A stretch of DNA of 63,464 nucleotides, counting the filler, from Chiloscyllium plagiosum (taxonomy: Eukaryota), in assembly GCF_004010195.1 (NCBI RefSeq). It is 4 parts of one record of this genome, joined end to end, with 100 filler letters (N's around TTAATTAATTAA, not from the genome) between each part and the next. Parts side by side here need not be neighbours in the genome. Positions count along the whole stretch, not along the records: positions 1 to 30,092 come from NC_057712.1; 3 more parts are not named here. One strand, given 5' to 3'. A program made the position numbers and the translations under genes. The notes below the pieces were generated by a model. The model did not search any database and was not told the origin of the DNA. It worked only from the letters and a program-made list of their open reading frames with translations. Below, one piece after another: positions 13,151-24,069 of this stretch (positions are counted from its first letter, which is position 1; the number at the start of each line of letters is the position of its first letter).

Positions 13151-13328
13151 ATCTTAAATTCTGTCTCTTAGTTCTGAGCTCAAATTCTAATGCATGCAGG
13201 CCCAACCTATCCAACTTTATCTTCCAATTATTTTGTCAAGACAAGTGAGAGATGCTGGAAAGATTACCAGAAAATAAGAGCGACAGATAAAGGAAAAGTA
13301 CCGATTAAAATATTCATGATTCACTTAC

Positions 13329-13434
13329 ATTTCTTGATAGGAGATGTAGGTGGGCTATCAGAAGGCATATCAGCGACATCTGGTAGGAATTTAGGCAACG
13401 GGATATCTAACAGAGTATTTATATCAATCTTCCC
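13329..13434 (-). CDS. Elongin A-like internal exon, 106 bp: GKIDINTLLDIPLPKFLPDVADMPSDSPPTSPIKK
   Basis: Acceptor ttttttcctgttctgcAG and donor GTaagt; phase 0 to 1, which fits the next exon; LLDIPLP resembles the Elongin A LPDLPLP just upstream of the BC-box exon. Confidence 0.8.
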
Positions 13435-14149
13435 CTGCAGAACAGGAAAAAAGCCAAGTATTTTAAAATCGAACTGGGTTTTTCTTTTATTGGCAAAACA
13501 ATGCAACTTCTCATAAAAAAAAACTAAAAGACAGAGTGCACAGAACATTTCTACTGCTTCCAAGCCCATCATTATCTAAAACCCAGCATGCAGCCAATCA
13601 GTGCAGAGAAAATGACAGGCGCATATAGTCAATTCCACAATACTGTTGTAGCAAAGTGAGGGGGAAATACAAATCAAGATGACAATAGCTTGTGATCTTA
13701 TGGAATGTTAGTGAACATTGTGTTTCTAGGAATTAAATTACATGATTCTGAAGTCCAAACGAAATTCAAGAAACTCTAACATCCTGGTCAATCAGTCCAT
13801 TTTGTTTGCTGCTAGTTCTTCAACCACTGTTGCAAACTTTAATTCCACTTCCCTGCCCTTTGTTTTTTGGAAATTGCTCAACTAGTTTCCATTTAAAATA
13901 TACTATCATCTATGATTCAATTGTCTCTGAAAATTCCACCTGCTAATTAATTCCTGTACAGAAAACCACAGTGCTTCCTCTCATTGTGTTTTCCCTCCTA
14001 GCATTTCCCCTCACATTCAATTATACTCCTACTCCGGATGTGCAATCCTTCTACATTCCTTCTCACTGTTTACTATGACAGATAATTTTGACTTAATCTT
14101 TTAGGTTTCACTATCACTCTTTAGAACCTATAGTCAGACCAGTTCTGGG

Positions 14150-14388
14150 ACAGGGGCTCGGGTGCAGTTCCAGCCTTGGGATTCCAGTCTGCGTGGAGTT
14201 TGAACATTCTCCCCTTGTTTGCGTGGGTTTCCACCAAGTGCTCCCGTTTCCTCCCATAGTCTGAAGATGTGAAAGTCAGGTGGATTAGCCATGCTAAATG
14301 CAGGGTAACGAAGATTCTGGATGGGTTACTGTTTGAAGGGTTGGTGCAGACCAATGGGCCGAATAGCCTCTTTCTGTAGTGATTCTAA
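14150..14388 (+). mobile_element. 5'-truncated HE1-type SINE
   Basis: gtggagtttgaacattctcccc...gtggattagccatgctaaatgc core and a CR1-like tail. Confidence 0.8.
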
Positions 14389-14840
14389 TGATTTGCTTAA
14401 ATCAAAACAAAATGAATGTTGCCACAGATCCCTCAAATTCGATGGCCCATACATCCAAACACTCATCCTACTATTTGCCTCCTAAAGGTTTCTCTACTCA
14501 CATACTTACATTCACTCATACTACCATGTTATAATTTCCCGCACTTGCCGCTAATGTGATACCTTATTAAATGATTTATTTGAGTTATATATGTAACTTG
14601 TGCCTTTTCCAGCGTTCAATGATTTCTCCTTCAAAAAGGAAATAGAATTATAGCCAGCCATAGAGATGTACAGCACGGAAACTGACACTTCAGAGGGTTC
14701 GATCCCTCCCTCAGGCGACTGTGTGAAGTTTGCACATTCTCCATTTAAGCAATGTAGGTCAGTAAGCTCAGGGTCAACTGGTGAATGGGATAATAATGAT
14801 GATCATAACAGCAGAGGAATAACTTTCTCCTCCTTTCTTG

Positions 14841-15170
14841 TGGGCGGCACGGTGGCACAGTGGTTAGCACTGCTGCCTCACAGCGCCAGAGACCCAGGTT
14901 CAATTCCCGCCTCAGGCGACTGACTGTGTGGAGTTTGCACATTCTCCACGTGTCTGCGTGGGTTTCCTCCGGGTGCTCCGGTTTCCTCCCACAGTCCAAA
15001 GACGTGCAGGTCAGGTGAATTGGCCATGCTAAATTGTCCATAGTGTTAGGTAAGGGGTAAATGTAGGGGAGGGGTCTGGGTGGGTTGTGCTTCGGCGGGT
15101 CGGTGTGGACTTGTTGGGCCGAAGGGCCTGTTTCCACACTGTAAAGTAATCTATAAGTAATCTATAATCT
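14841..15170 (+). mobile_element. Full-length, young HE1-type SINE
   Basis: gggcggcacggtggcacagtggttagcactgctgcctcacagcgccagagaccc..., near-identical to 30193-30440 and 61980-62266; its tail is homologous to the CR1 3' UTR. Confidence 0.95.
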
Positions 15171-16371
15171 ACAAGTTGCCTATTCCGACCAGATATCCTA
15201 AACTAACCCAGTCCCATTGGTCAACATTTGGCCCATATCCCTCTAAACCCTTCCATTCATCTATCTATTCTGATGCCTTTTAAATGTTGTAATTGTACCA
15301 GCCTCCACTACTTCCTCTAGCAGGTCATCCCATACAGGCATCACCCTCTAGATGAAGAAGTTTCCCTTTAGGAACCGTTTAAATCTTTCGCGTCCAGTTT
15401 GGACTCCCCCACCGGGGAAGGGCTTTGTCTAGTCACCCTATCTGTGCCCCTCATGATTTTATAAACCTCGAAAAGGTCACCCCCTCAGCCTATGACACTC
15501 CAGGGAAAACATCCCCAGCCCATTCTGCCTCTCCATATAGCCCAAACCCTCAAACCCTGGCGACATTTTTGAAAGGGTTCAGAAAGATTTTACAAGTTTC
15601 ACAACATCCTTCCAAAGCAGGGAGACCAGAATTGCATACAGTATTCCAAAAGTGGCATAACCAATGTCCTGTACAGCCGCATGACCTCCCAACTCCTATA
15701 CTCAATGCTCTGACCAATAAAGGAAAGCATACCAAATGCCTTCTTCATGATCCGATCTACCTGTGACTCCACATAAGGAACTAAGAACCAGCAATCCAAT
15801 GTCTCTTTGTTCAGCAACACACTCCAGGACCTTAGCATTAAGTGTATAAGTCCTGCCCTGATTTGCCTTTCCAAATTGCAGCACCTCACATTTATCCAAA
15901 TTAAACTCCATCTGCCGCTCCTCAGCCCACTAGCCCATCTGATCAAGATCCCATTGTAATCTGAGGTAACCTTCTTTGCTGTCCACTAGACGACCAATTG
16001 TGCTGCCATCTGCAAACTTACTGACCATACCAGCTATGTTCACATCCAAGTAAATTATATAAATGATAACAGTGGACCCAACACCGATCCTTGTGGCACA
16101 CCATTTGTCACACGCCTCCAATCCAAAACTGAACTCTCCACCACCACCCTCGGTCTCCTAACTTCATGCCAATTGGGTGTCTAAATGGCTAGCTCTCCCT
16201 ATGTTTCTTGTGATTGAACCTTGCTAATCAGCCTACCTGTGGAACTTTCTCAAACCCCTTGCTGAATTCCACATGGACAATGTCTACTGCTCTACCTTCA
16301 TCACATCTTAAAAATAACTCAATCAAGTTATTGAGACATGATTTTCCACACACACAACCATTTTAATTATA

Positions 16372-16556
16372 CGTCGTTCTGGTGTAACATGCGTTTTGTC
16401 AACGCAAATTGACTATAACATGATTGACAAATTATGGATACTGTTTGGATAACATGAACTTTCTACTAAACAGGTGTAGCATTCTTCCACAGCATGATTT
16501 TCAATAGCGAAAGGTTGCAGAGGAACACAAATGTCGCGTTACAGCAGAACATCCTG
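16372..16556. mobile_element. MITE with terminal inverted repeats and TA flanks (Tc1/mariner-pogo type)
   Basis: Left end TA|cgtcgttctggtgtaac, right end gttacagcagaacatcctg|TA; interrupts CR1; related pieces at 28261-28421 and 29096-29115. Confidence 0.7.
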
Positions 16557-17859
16557 TATTCCTAATTAGTCTTTGCCTTTCCAAATGCATGTCTCTCAGA
16601 ATCCCCTCCAACAACCTATCCACCACTGACGTCAGGATCACCGCTCTACAATTCCCTGGTTTTTCCTTATCACCTTTCTTAAATATTGGCACCATGTTAA
16701 CCAACCTCTAGTCTTCTGACACGTCACCCATGGTTCTCAGTGGTACAAATATCTCAGCAAGGGCCCACTTCCCACCTTCCCAAGAGGTTCTGGGGTATGC
16801 CGATCAGGTCCTGGGGATTTATCCACTTTTAAGACGTCTAACACCATCACCTCTGTAATAATTTTAAGATATCATTATTTATTTCTCCAAATTCTCCAAC
16901 TTCCATATCCTTCTCCAAAATTAACACTGACATGAAATACCCATCTCCTACGGGTTCCACAGATAGGTGGCTTTGTTGAACTTTAAGGGGCCCTATTCGC
17001 TCCCTAGTTGCTATTTTGTATCTGTAGAAATTGATTGGACTCTCCTGAACCCTATTTGCCAAAAATATCTCAAGTCCCCGTTCTGCCTTCCTGATTTCTA
17101 TCTGGAGTATACTCTCTCATACTCCTCAGGGGATTCGCTCATTCCATGCTGTCTATACCCGACATATGCCTCCCTTTTCTTCAGAGCCTCAAATCTCTCT
17201 AGTTATCCAATATTCCCTTCATCTACCAGCCTTGCCCTTAGCACCAACAGGAACATACTGTCTCTGGACTTTTGTTCACTCATTTTTGAAGGCCTCCCAC
17301 TTTCCATCCATCCCTTTTCCTGCAATAGCTGCCCCCAATCAACTTTTGAATGTTCTTGTTTAAAAGGTTAATGACTTGGATACAAGGTTCTATAGCCAAA
17401 TTTTCAGTCAACATAAAAATACACGGGATTGTAAATTGCAATGAGGAAATAAGAACCTTACAATGGATATAAGTTAGGACAATGCGCCAAATGTGGACAA
17501 GTGCAAGATCATTAAACTAATGGGACAAAAATGGATGAAAAGGAGTTACGATTTGACAATTTTAATGTGTCAAAAGTGTTAATGGATTACAATAATAAAA
17601 CTTTGACCACATCCTGGCATACAACTGAAACTTGAGTGAGAAATTGAACAATTGAACCATAATCTGGGAAACGTGACATCATCTTAACAATGACAATGCA
17701 TGGTTTTTAAATAATGCATTCTTTCAATTCAGCATTCTGTATTTTAATTTACAGGACATATCTATCGGTTAAATGTTTATGTACAATACTGAACATTCAA
17801 CGACTTGTACTCTTTCTTTTGATGAGGTTCTTTGGTTTTTTGTTTGTTACCTTAAACAG

Positions 17860-18040
17860 AGTTTTATTGAACAGACCAGCCATTTCTGGATGAAGCATTG
17901 TAAAAAAGATTTCAAAAATGAGGAGTCTCAGGAGTTTGAATCATGGTGTGAGCTATATCTGAGACTTTATGATGAAAGAGAGCAGAATTTAAAAATATTG
18001 ACATAAAGCATTAGCTCTGTACATGCTAACAAGCCCAAAG
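17860..18040 (+). pseudogene. Inverted Elongin A-like pseudo-exon, 181 bp: SFIEQTSHFWMKHCKKDFKNEESQEFESWCELYLRLYDEREQNLKILT*SISSVHANKPK(G)
   Basis: Acceptor tttttgtttgttaccttaaacAG and donor GTtagt; resembles Elongin A W..HC..DFK...EYESWREMYLRL...ANKPKG; in-frame TAA at 18004-18006; opposite strand to the other three exons. Confidence 0.88.
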
Positions 18041-18137
18041 GTTAGTGTGAACTTAACGTACTTTTAAGATGGAACCATGAAACCATTATATTGGTGATTT
18101 ATTATAATGTTAGAAAATTATCAAATTGCATCAACAG

Positions 18138-18612
18138 ATTTGTATTTGCAGGTACATTCTTTTTTGTTCAAAAAGCTTACAATCTGTTGGCAGTCAATCC
18201 ATGTGGCATTTTAACTTTGGAAATAGAATCAGCCTGACTCAAAGTTGGGATACAGACAGACAGTCTCTAACCTGACATCTTTAATACATTGCCTGAGCCG
18301 AGATGTCACTTTTTTGATATTCTGATAAAACCTTAAGTTGTCTGAAGACTGTGACTTGAAAGAAGTTCTGGGATGTACCTATTAAATCAATCGAAACCTG
18401 CATCCCCATTCTAAGTGACTAAAGTCTGTACAGCAATCTAGGTTTGTTCAATACATGGCATCAGTGGATGACAGAATTTATAGTAATAGATAAAAGTGTG
18501 TCCTATGATCCTGCACTATTAGTTACCTGATGAAGGAGCAGCACTCCAAAAGCTTGTACTTTCAAATAAACCTGATATACTGGAACCTGATGTTGTGGGA
18601 TTTTTTTAAACT
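18138..18612 (+). mobile_element. Penelope-like element 3' UTR/pLTR fragment (family A)
   Basis: Homologous to about 4440-4928; ends cctgatgaaggagcagcactccaaaagcttgtactttcaaataaacctg. Confidence 0.8.
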
Positions 18613-19053
18613 AATAAAGACTTCAAGATTCAACACTCAGGGAAAATGCATTACAGGTAGATAAAAAGAAAAACTTGCAGTCATGTCCATCCCAAAGCAT
18701 TTTACAGTGAACAAAGTACAAAATAAAGCCATATTAAAAACATTGAGTTTGAACATTATGCTCAAACCTGAGAATAATCAAATTTGTACAAGTCAAAGAT
18801 TAGTTCCCATTTAATATACTGCATGCAGCTTGGGTCCCATGTTTTAACATGAATACAAAAGCCACTTAGAATGCACAACATAAATTCAGCAGGATAATAC
18901 CCAGGGATAGATTATAATTGACTACAAGCAAGACTCAAAGTACTTGAACTTTTTCTATCAATCAGAGTAGAGAAGACCCAGAAGAGATTTAAAAGATTTT
19001 AAAACTTCTAAATCTTTCAACTAATTAGGAAGATTATTTTGGTTGTAGAGTTG

Positions 19054-19280
19054 AGGGGTGGCATGTAACTCAGTGGGTAGCTCTGCTGCCTCAGTGCCAG
19101 GGACCTGGCTGATGCCAGCCTTGGGCGACTGTGTGGACTTTGCAAGTTCTCCTTGTGTCCATGTGGGTTTCCAGAGTGCTCTCATTTCCTCCCACATTGC
19201 AAAGATGTGCAGGTTAGGTGAATTGGCCATGATAAAATGTATGGTTACAGGGATAGTGGTGAGTCTAGATGGGATGCTCA
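19054..19280 (+). mobile_element. Old HE1-type SINE
   Basis: Diverged head ggtggcatgtaactcagtggg and core gtgcaggttaggtgaattggccatg. Confidence 0.8.
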
Positions 19281-20231
19281 TTGGCCTTTATCTGATTCAT
19301 AGAGTTTTGTTACAATTGGGGGCAATTAATTGTAAATTGCTAGTGTGCAACTGTCATTTGCTTGGAATCATAGCAGCTACAAAAACAAAAACTAATTGTA
19401 GCTGAAACTATTGCATAACCTAATTCGCCCTGAAGTGGTGGCAATGAGCCATCTTGTTGAACTGTTGCAGTCTTTTCAGGGCCTACCAATTTGAATAAAT
19501 TTTTATCATCGAGTCTCATGCTGATCAACACTAAGGCCTGCTTTAATCTTTAGCTTAAAAAGGAACTTCGTGAAGCAACTGGGTTTTTGATAACAATCCA
19601 CTAACTTCACGGTCACTTTTTCAATTATTAAATTGGATGGGCTTCTCATTTTCAGGTTTCAGCAAACTAGAATCAAACTCTTAAACTGCATGATGGCAGC
19701 TGAAAACAGCATTAGGTGAAGTGTATTTCATGTGGAACAAATACTTTCAAAACACAGCTGGCACAACAGGTAGAGGTTACTATAGTTCACCTGGGACCTA
19801 ACTTCAAAGACAATGATGTTTATCACTGACGAGGTCTGAACTGATGTTCAATACATCTTTGTTTGCATATGCTTTATCGTGCTTGAATATTGAGAAATAC
19901 ACAATATGAATAATTTTTTGGAAGTCCAGACCTTCCACTAAGATAAATGCCTCATAAATCAGGTCCCTAGTCTTCTATGCACTGAGATAAATGCGGTCTA
20001 TGGCTGTTGACATATTGGTTGGGCTTTTCAAAATAAACTTTATTTAAGAGTTTATTTGCAATGGGCCAAGTCTTAAAGCTCATCAGTTTGTTATTTTATT
20101 GTTAAGAGGTGCATCTTCATTCATCAAGACTGTTTCCCCCAACCTTTTCAAACATTGCTGGCCTCTATCCCTACTCCTTGCTAAAAAGCAAAGAACAGTA
20201 CAACACAATAACCCACATAGACCAGGCCGAC

Positions 20232-21243
20232 AGAGTCAGAGATGTACAACACAGAAACAGACCCTCCGGTCCAACTCATCCATGCCAACTAGATATCCTA
20301 ACCTAATCTAGTCCCCATTTGCGAGCACTTGGCCCATATCCCTCTAACCCATGGCTCTCTGTCCTCAGCACATTCATATACCCATCTAGATGCCTTTTAA
20401 ATGTTGTAATTGTACCAGCCTCCACCACTTCCTCTGGCAGCTCATTCACAAACACCACCTTCTACATGCAAAAGTTTCCCCTTACATCCCTTTTAAAATC
20501 TTGCCCCCCCCCCCACCCTAAATCTATGCCCTCTAATTCTGAATGCCCCAACCCGAGGGAAAAACCTTGTTTATTTACCCTATCCATGCCCCTCATGATT
20601 TTGTTAACCTCTATAAGGTCACCCCTCAGCCTCACACGCTCCAGGGAAAACAGCCCCAGCCTATTCAACCTCTCCACATAGCTCAAATCCTCCAACCCTG
20701 GCAACATCCTTGTAAATCTTTACTGAACCCTTTCAAGTTTCACAACATCCTTCTGTTAGGAGAAAGACCAGAATTACAAACCATATTCCAAAACTGGCCT
20801 AACCAATGTCCTACACAGCCACAACATGACCTCCAACTCCTATACTCGATGCTCTGTTCAATAAAGGAAAGCACACCTAACAGCTTCTTCGCTATCCTAT
20901 CTACCTGCAACTCTGCTTTCAAAGAATTATGAACTTGCACTCCAAGGTCTTTTTGTTCAGCAACACTCCCCAGGACCTCGCCATTAAGTGTATAAGTCCT
21001 GCTCTGATTTGCCTTTCCAAAATACAGCACCTCGCATTTATCCAAATTAAACTCTGTCTGCCACTTCTCAGCTCATTGGCCCATCTAATCAAGATCCTGT
21101 TATACTCGGAGGTAACCTTCTTCACTGTCCAGTATACCTCCAATTTTGGTGTTACCTGCAAACTTATTAACTATACTTCCCATGTTCAAATCCACATAAT
21201 TTATATAAGTGACAAAATGCAGTGAACCGATCCTAGTGACACA
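20232..21243 (-). mobile_element. 5'-truncated CR1 LINE
   Basis: Minus ORFs MLPGLEDLSYVERLNRLGLFSLE and MDKCEVLYFGK. Confidence 0.9.
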
Positions 21244-21269
21244 TGATACCTTTCTAAAATAAAAACCTT

Positions 21270-22706
21270 ATCCCTCTATTCCCTACCTAGTCATATATCT
21301 TTCAAGATGCCTCTTAAATGTTGCAATTGCATCCACCTCCATCAACTGCTCTGGCAGCTCATTCCAGATGCTTTTCACTGTTATGAAGTTGAAGGGGTGT
21401 ACAGTACCTTTAAGAGAGAGTGAATGCTATTCTGAACTGAGAGACTACAAGCACCTGTGATATGATGAGATGGCATTCCCAGAGTGTACTGGGAAATTGA
21501 AAATATGTAACATATGGCTGTAAAATGAATACCTGAGTTGATTGCTGTTTTGACAATAGTTCAAATTTAACTAGTTTACATTATGCCCCAGGATATTAAA
21601 ACCCAATTGAATTTGAATTTATTGTTTCGTCAACAATGAGACAATCTGATGTTGGGGATATAAAAACACAGGCATTTTGAAAACTGCCATTGAAAGAGGT
21701 TCAAGAAATTAGGAAACACTATCAAAAGGTCCCTTTTTACATGAAACATATTCGCAGTAAAATGAAAGATGACGACCCAGGGAGATCTCCAGCCAGAAGA
21801 GAAAGATACCAGAGATGACAGCTGCTGTGTGGTTTTGAAATTAAGTTGATGTAATTTTAATGTGTCTTATTGGAACAAGATGTTGTTATAGAGCTGGAGG
21901 CAGGTATAAGCAATTAAGAGAAAGGGGGCTTAGAGTTGTGAATAGTTGTTGTTTAATGTTCACTTTTAGAGCTAAAGAACAAATTGATATTTTTTTCATT
22001 AAATAGTGGAATTTGGGAGTTCTCTGTCACTCATATTTTAACAGATGATGAGGCGCGGTGTGCTTTTCTGGGTGTTTGGTTTAATTAACTGAAGGGTTCA
22101 CCACGGTGTTGTAACAACCACCCTCAGTGTAAAAAATTTGACTCTTGCATCTCCTTTAAACACACCCCCTTTTACCTTAAACTAAGTCCCCTAATAATTG
22201 ACATTTCTACCTTGGGGGAAAAAAAAAGACTGTGACTATCCATTCTGTCCATGCCTTTCAAGTTTGTAAACTTCTATCAAATTGCCCCTTATGTTTCAAC
22301 TTGCAAGTGAAAACAAATCAAGTTTGCCCAATTCCTCCTCAATCTTCATAACCTCTAAACCAGTCAGCATCCTGGTAAACATCTACCATCTACAGAGCCT
22401 CCATATTTTTCTGGTAGTTTGGTGGCCAGGACTGTATATACTATTGCCAATGTTGTCTAAATCAAGTTTTATACAGATGCATCATGACCTTGCCAATTTT
22501 TGTACCGTATGCCCCGACCAATGAAGGGAAGCATGCCATATGCCCTCTTGATCACTTTATCCACAAGTGCTGGCTCTTACGGGGAACTGTGGATCTATAT
22601 GTTGATGCTACAAAGGTTCTGCCATTTACCGTATTCTTCCCTCCTCTATTACATCTTTCAAAATGCATCACTACTCATTGCCCGGACTAAACTTCATCTG
22701 CCATTT
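21270..22706 (-). mobile_element. Older CR1 3' part, interrupted by a solo LTR; continues at about 24070-25030
   Basis: CR1 antisense sequence ggcagctcattccagatg...accaccctcagtgtaaaaaa is split by 21379-22116. Confidence 0.75.
21379..22116 (+). mobile_element. Solo LTR of about 738 bp (LTR retrotransposon or ERV)
   Basis: TGTTAT...GTAACA inverted termini; TATAAAA at about 21659; ATTAAA at about 21998; cleanly interrupts CR1; no clear TSD. Confidence 0.7.
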
Positions 22707-24059
22707 CATAGAAAACTAGAAGATAGAAAAGTACAGCACAGAACAGGCCCTTTGGCCCACGATATTGTGCCGAGATTTAATCCTAATGTAAAATATAGTA
22801 ACTTAACCTATGCACCCCTCAACTCACTGCTATCCATGTCCAGCAGTCGCTTAAATATCCCCAGTGACTCTGCTTCCACCACCACAGCTGGCAATGCATT
22901 CCACGCATTCACAACTCTCTGCGTAAAGAACCTACTTCTGACGTCTCCTTTATACCTTCCTCCTAATATCTTCAAACTATGACTTCTCGTACCAGTTCAT
23001 CCTGCCCTAGGGGAAAGTCTCTGGCTATTGACTATTCTACTCATTATTTTGTACACCTCAATCAGGTCTCCTCTTTTCCTTCTCCTCTCCAGAGAGAAAA
23101 GTCCAAGCTTATTCAACTTTTCTTCACAAGGCAAGCCCTCCAGTCCAGGCAGCATCCTGGTAAACCTTCTTTGCACTCTCTCCAAAGCCTCTGTATCTTT
23201 CCTATAGTTGGGCAATCAGAACTGTACACAATATTCCAAGTGTGGTCTCACCAGGGACTTGTAGAGCTGCAGCAAAACCTCGTGACTCTTAAACTCGATC
23301 TCCCTGGAAATGAAAGCCAAAACACCATATGCTTTCTGAACAACCCTATCCACTTGGGTGTCAACTTTGAGGGATGTACTTGCACACCCAGATCCCTCTG
23401 TTCCTCCACACTGCTAAGAATCCGGTCTTTAATCCTATATTCAGCATTCGAGTTTGACCTTCCAAAATGCATCACTTCGCATTTATCCAGGTTGAACTCC
23501 ATCTGCCATTTCTCAGCCCAACTCTGCATCCGGTTTATATCATGCTGCAGCCTGCAGTAGCCCTCTATACTATCGACGACACCTCCAACCTTTGTGTCAT
23601 CGCAAATTTACTAACCCTTCCCTCAACCTGCTCATCCAAGTCCTTTATAAAAACTACAAAGAGCAGAGGCCCAAGAACAGAGCCCTGCGGGACCCCATTC
23701 AACACTGACCTCCAGGCAGAATACTTTCCATCTACTCTCTGCCTGTCAGCCAGCCAATTCTGAATCCAGATAGCCAAATCTCCCTGTATCCCATACTTCC
23801 TGACTTTATGAATGAGCCTACCATGGGAACCCTATCAAATGCCTTGCTGAAGTCCATATACACCACATCTACTGCTTGACCATTATCGACCTGTCTTGAC
23901 ACCTCCTCAAAGAACTCTAAGATTTGTGAGGCATGACCTGCCCCTCACAAAGCCATGCTGACTGCCTTTAATTACACTATGCTTTGCCACATAGTCATTA
24001 ATCCTATCCCTCAGAATTCTTTCCAAAAAAACTTTGCTGACCACAGACGCAAGACTGAC
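22707..24059 (-). mobile_element. CR1 LINE of a third subfamily, nested in the older CR1
   Basis: Minus ORFs [33 protein letters not shown] and LERVQRRFTRMLPG; distinct 3' UTR. Confidence 0.88.
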
Positions 24060-24069
24060 AAGAAATGTG

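Larger units (their letters stand above)
14658..17362 (-). mobile_element. Degenerate CR1 LINE, interrupted by SINE sequence (about 14694-15171) and a MITE (16372-16556)
   Basis: Minus-strand ORF pieces: MVPIFKKGDKEKPGN, VSKFAD, MEFNLDKCEVL, LEYCMQFWSP. Confidence 0.88.

Noticed and set aside
14841..14915. tRNA-like A/B boxes here and at the other SINE heads
   Set aside because: They continue into SINE core and tail sequence; these are not tRNA genes.
17773..17859. N-terminal part of ORF 17773..18006 as coding sequence
   Set aside because: It is the intronic pyrimidine tract before the acceptor AG at 17858-17859.
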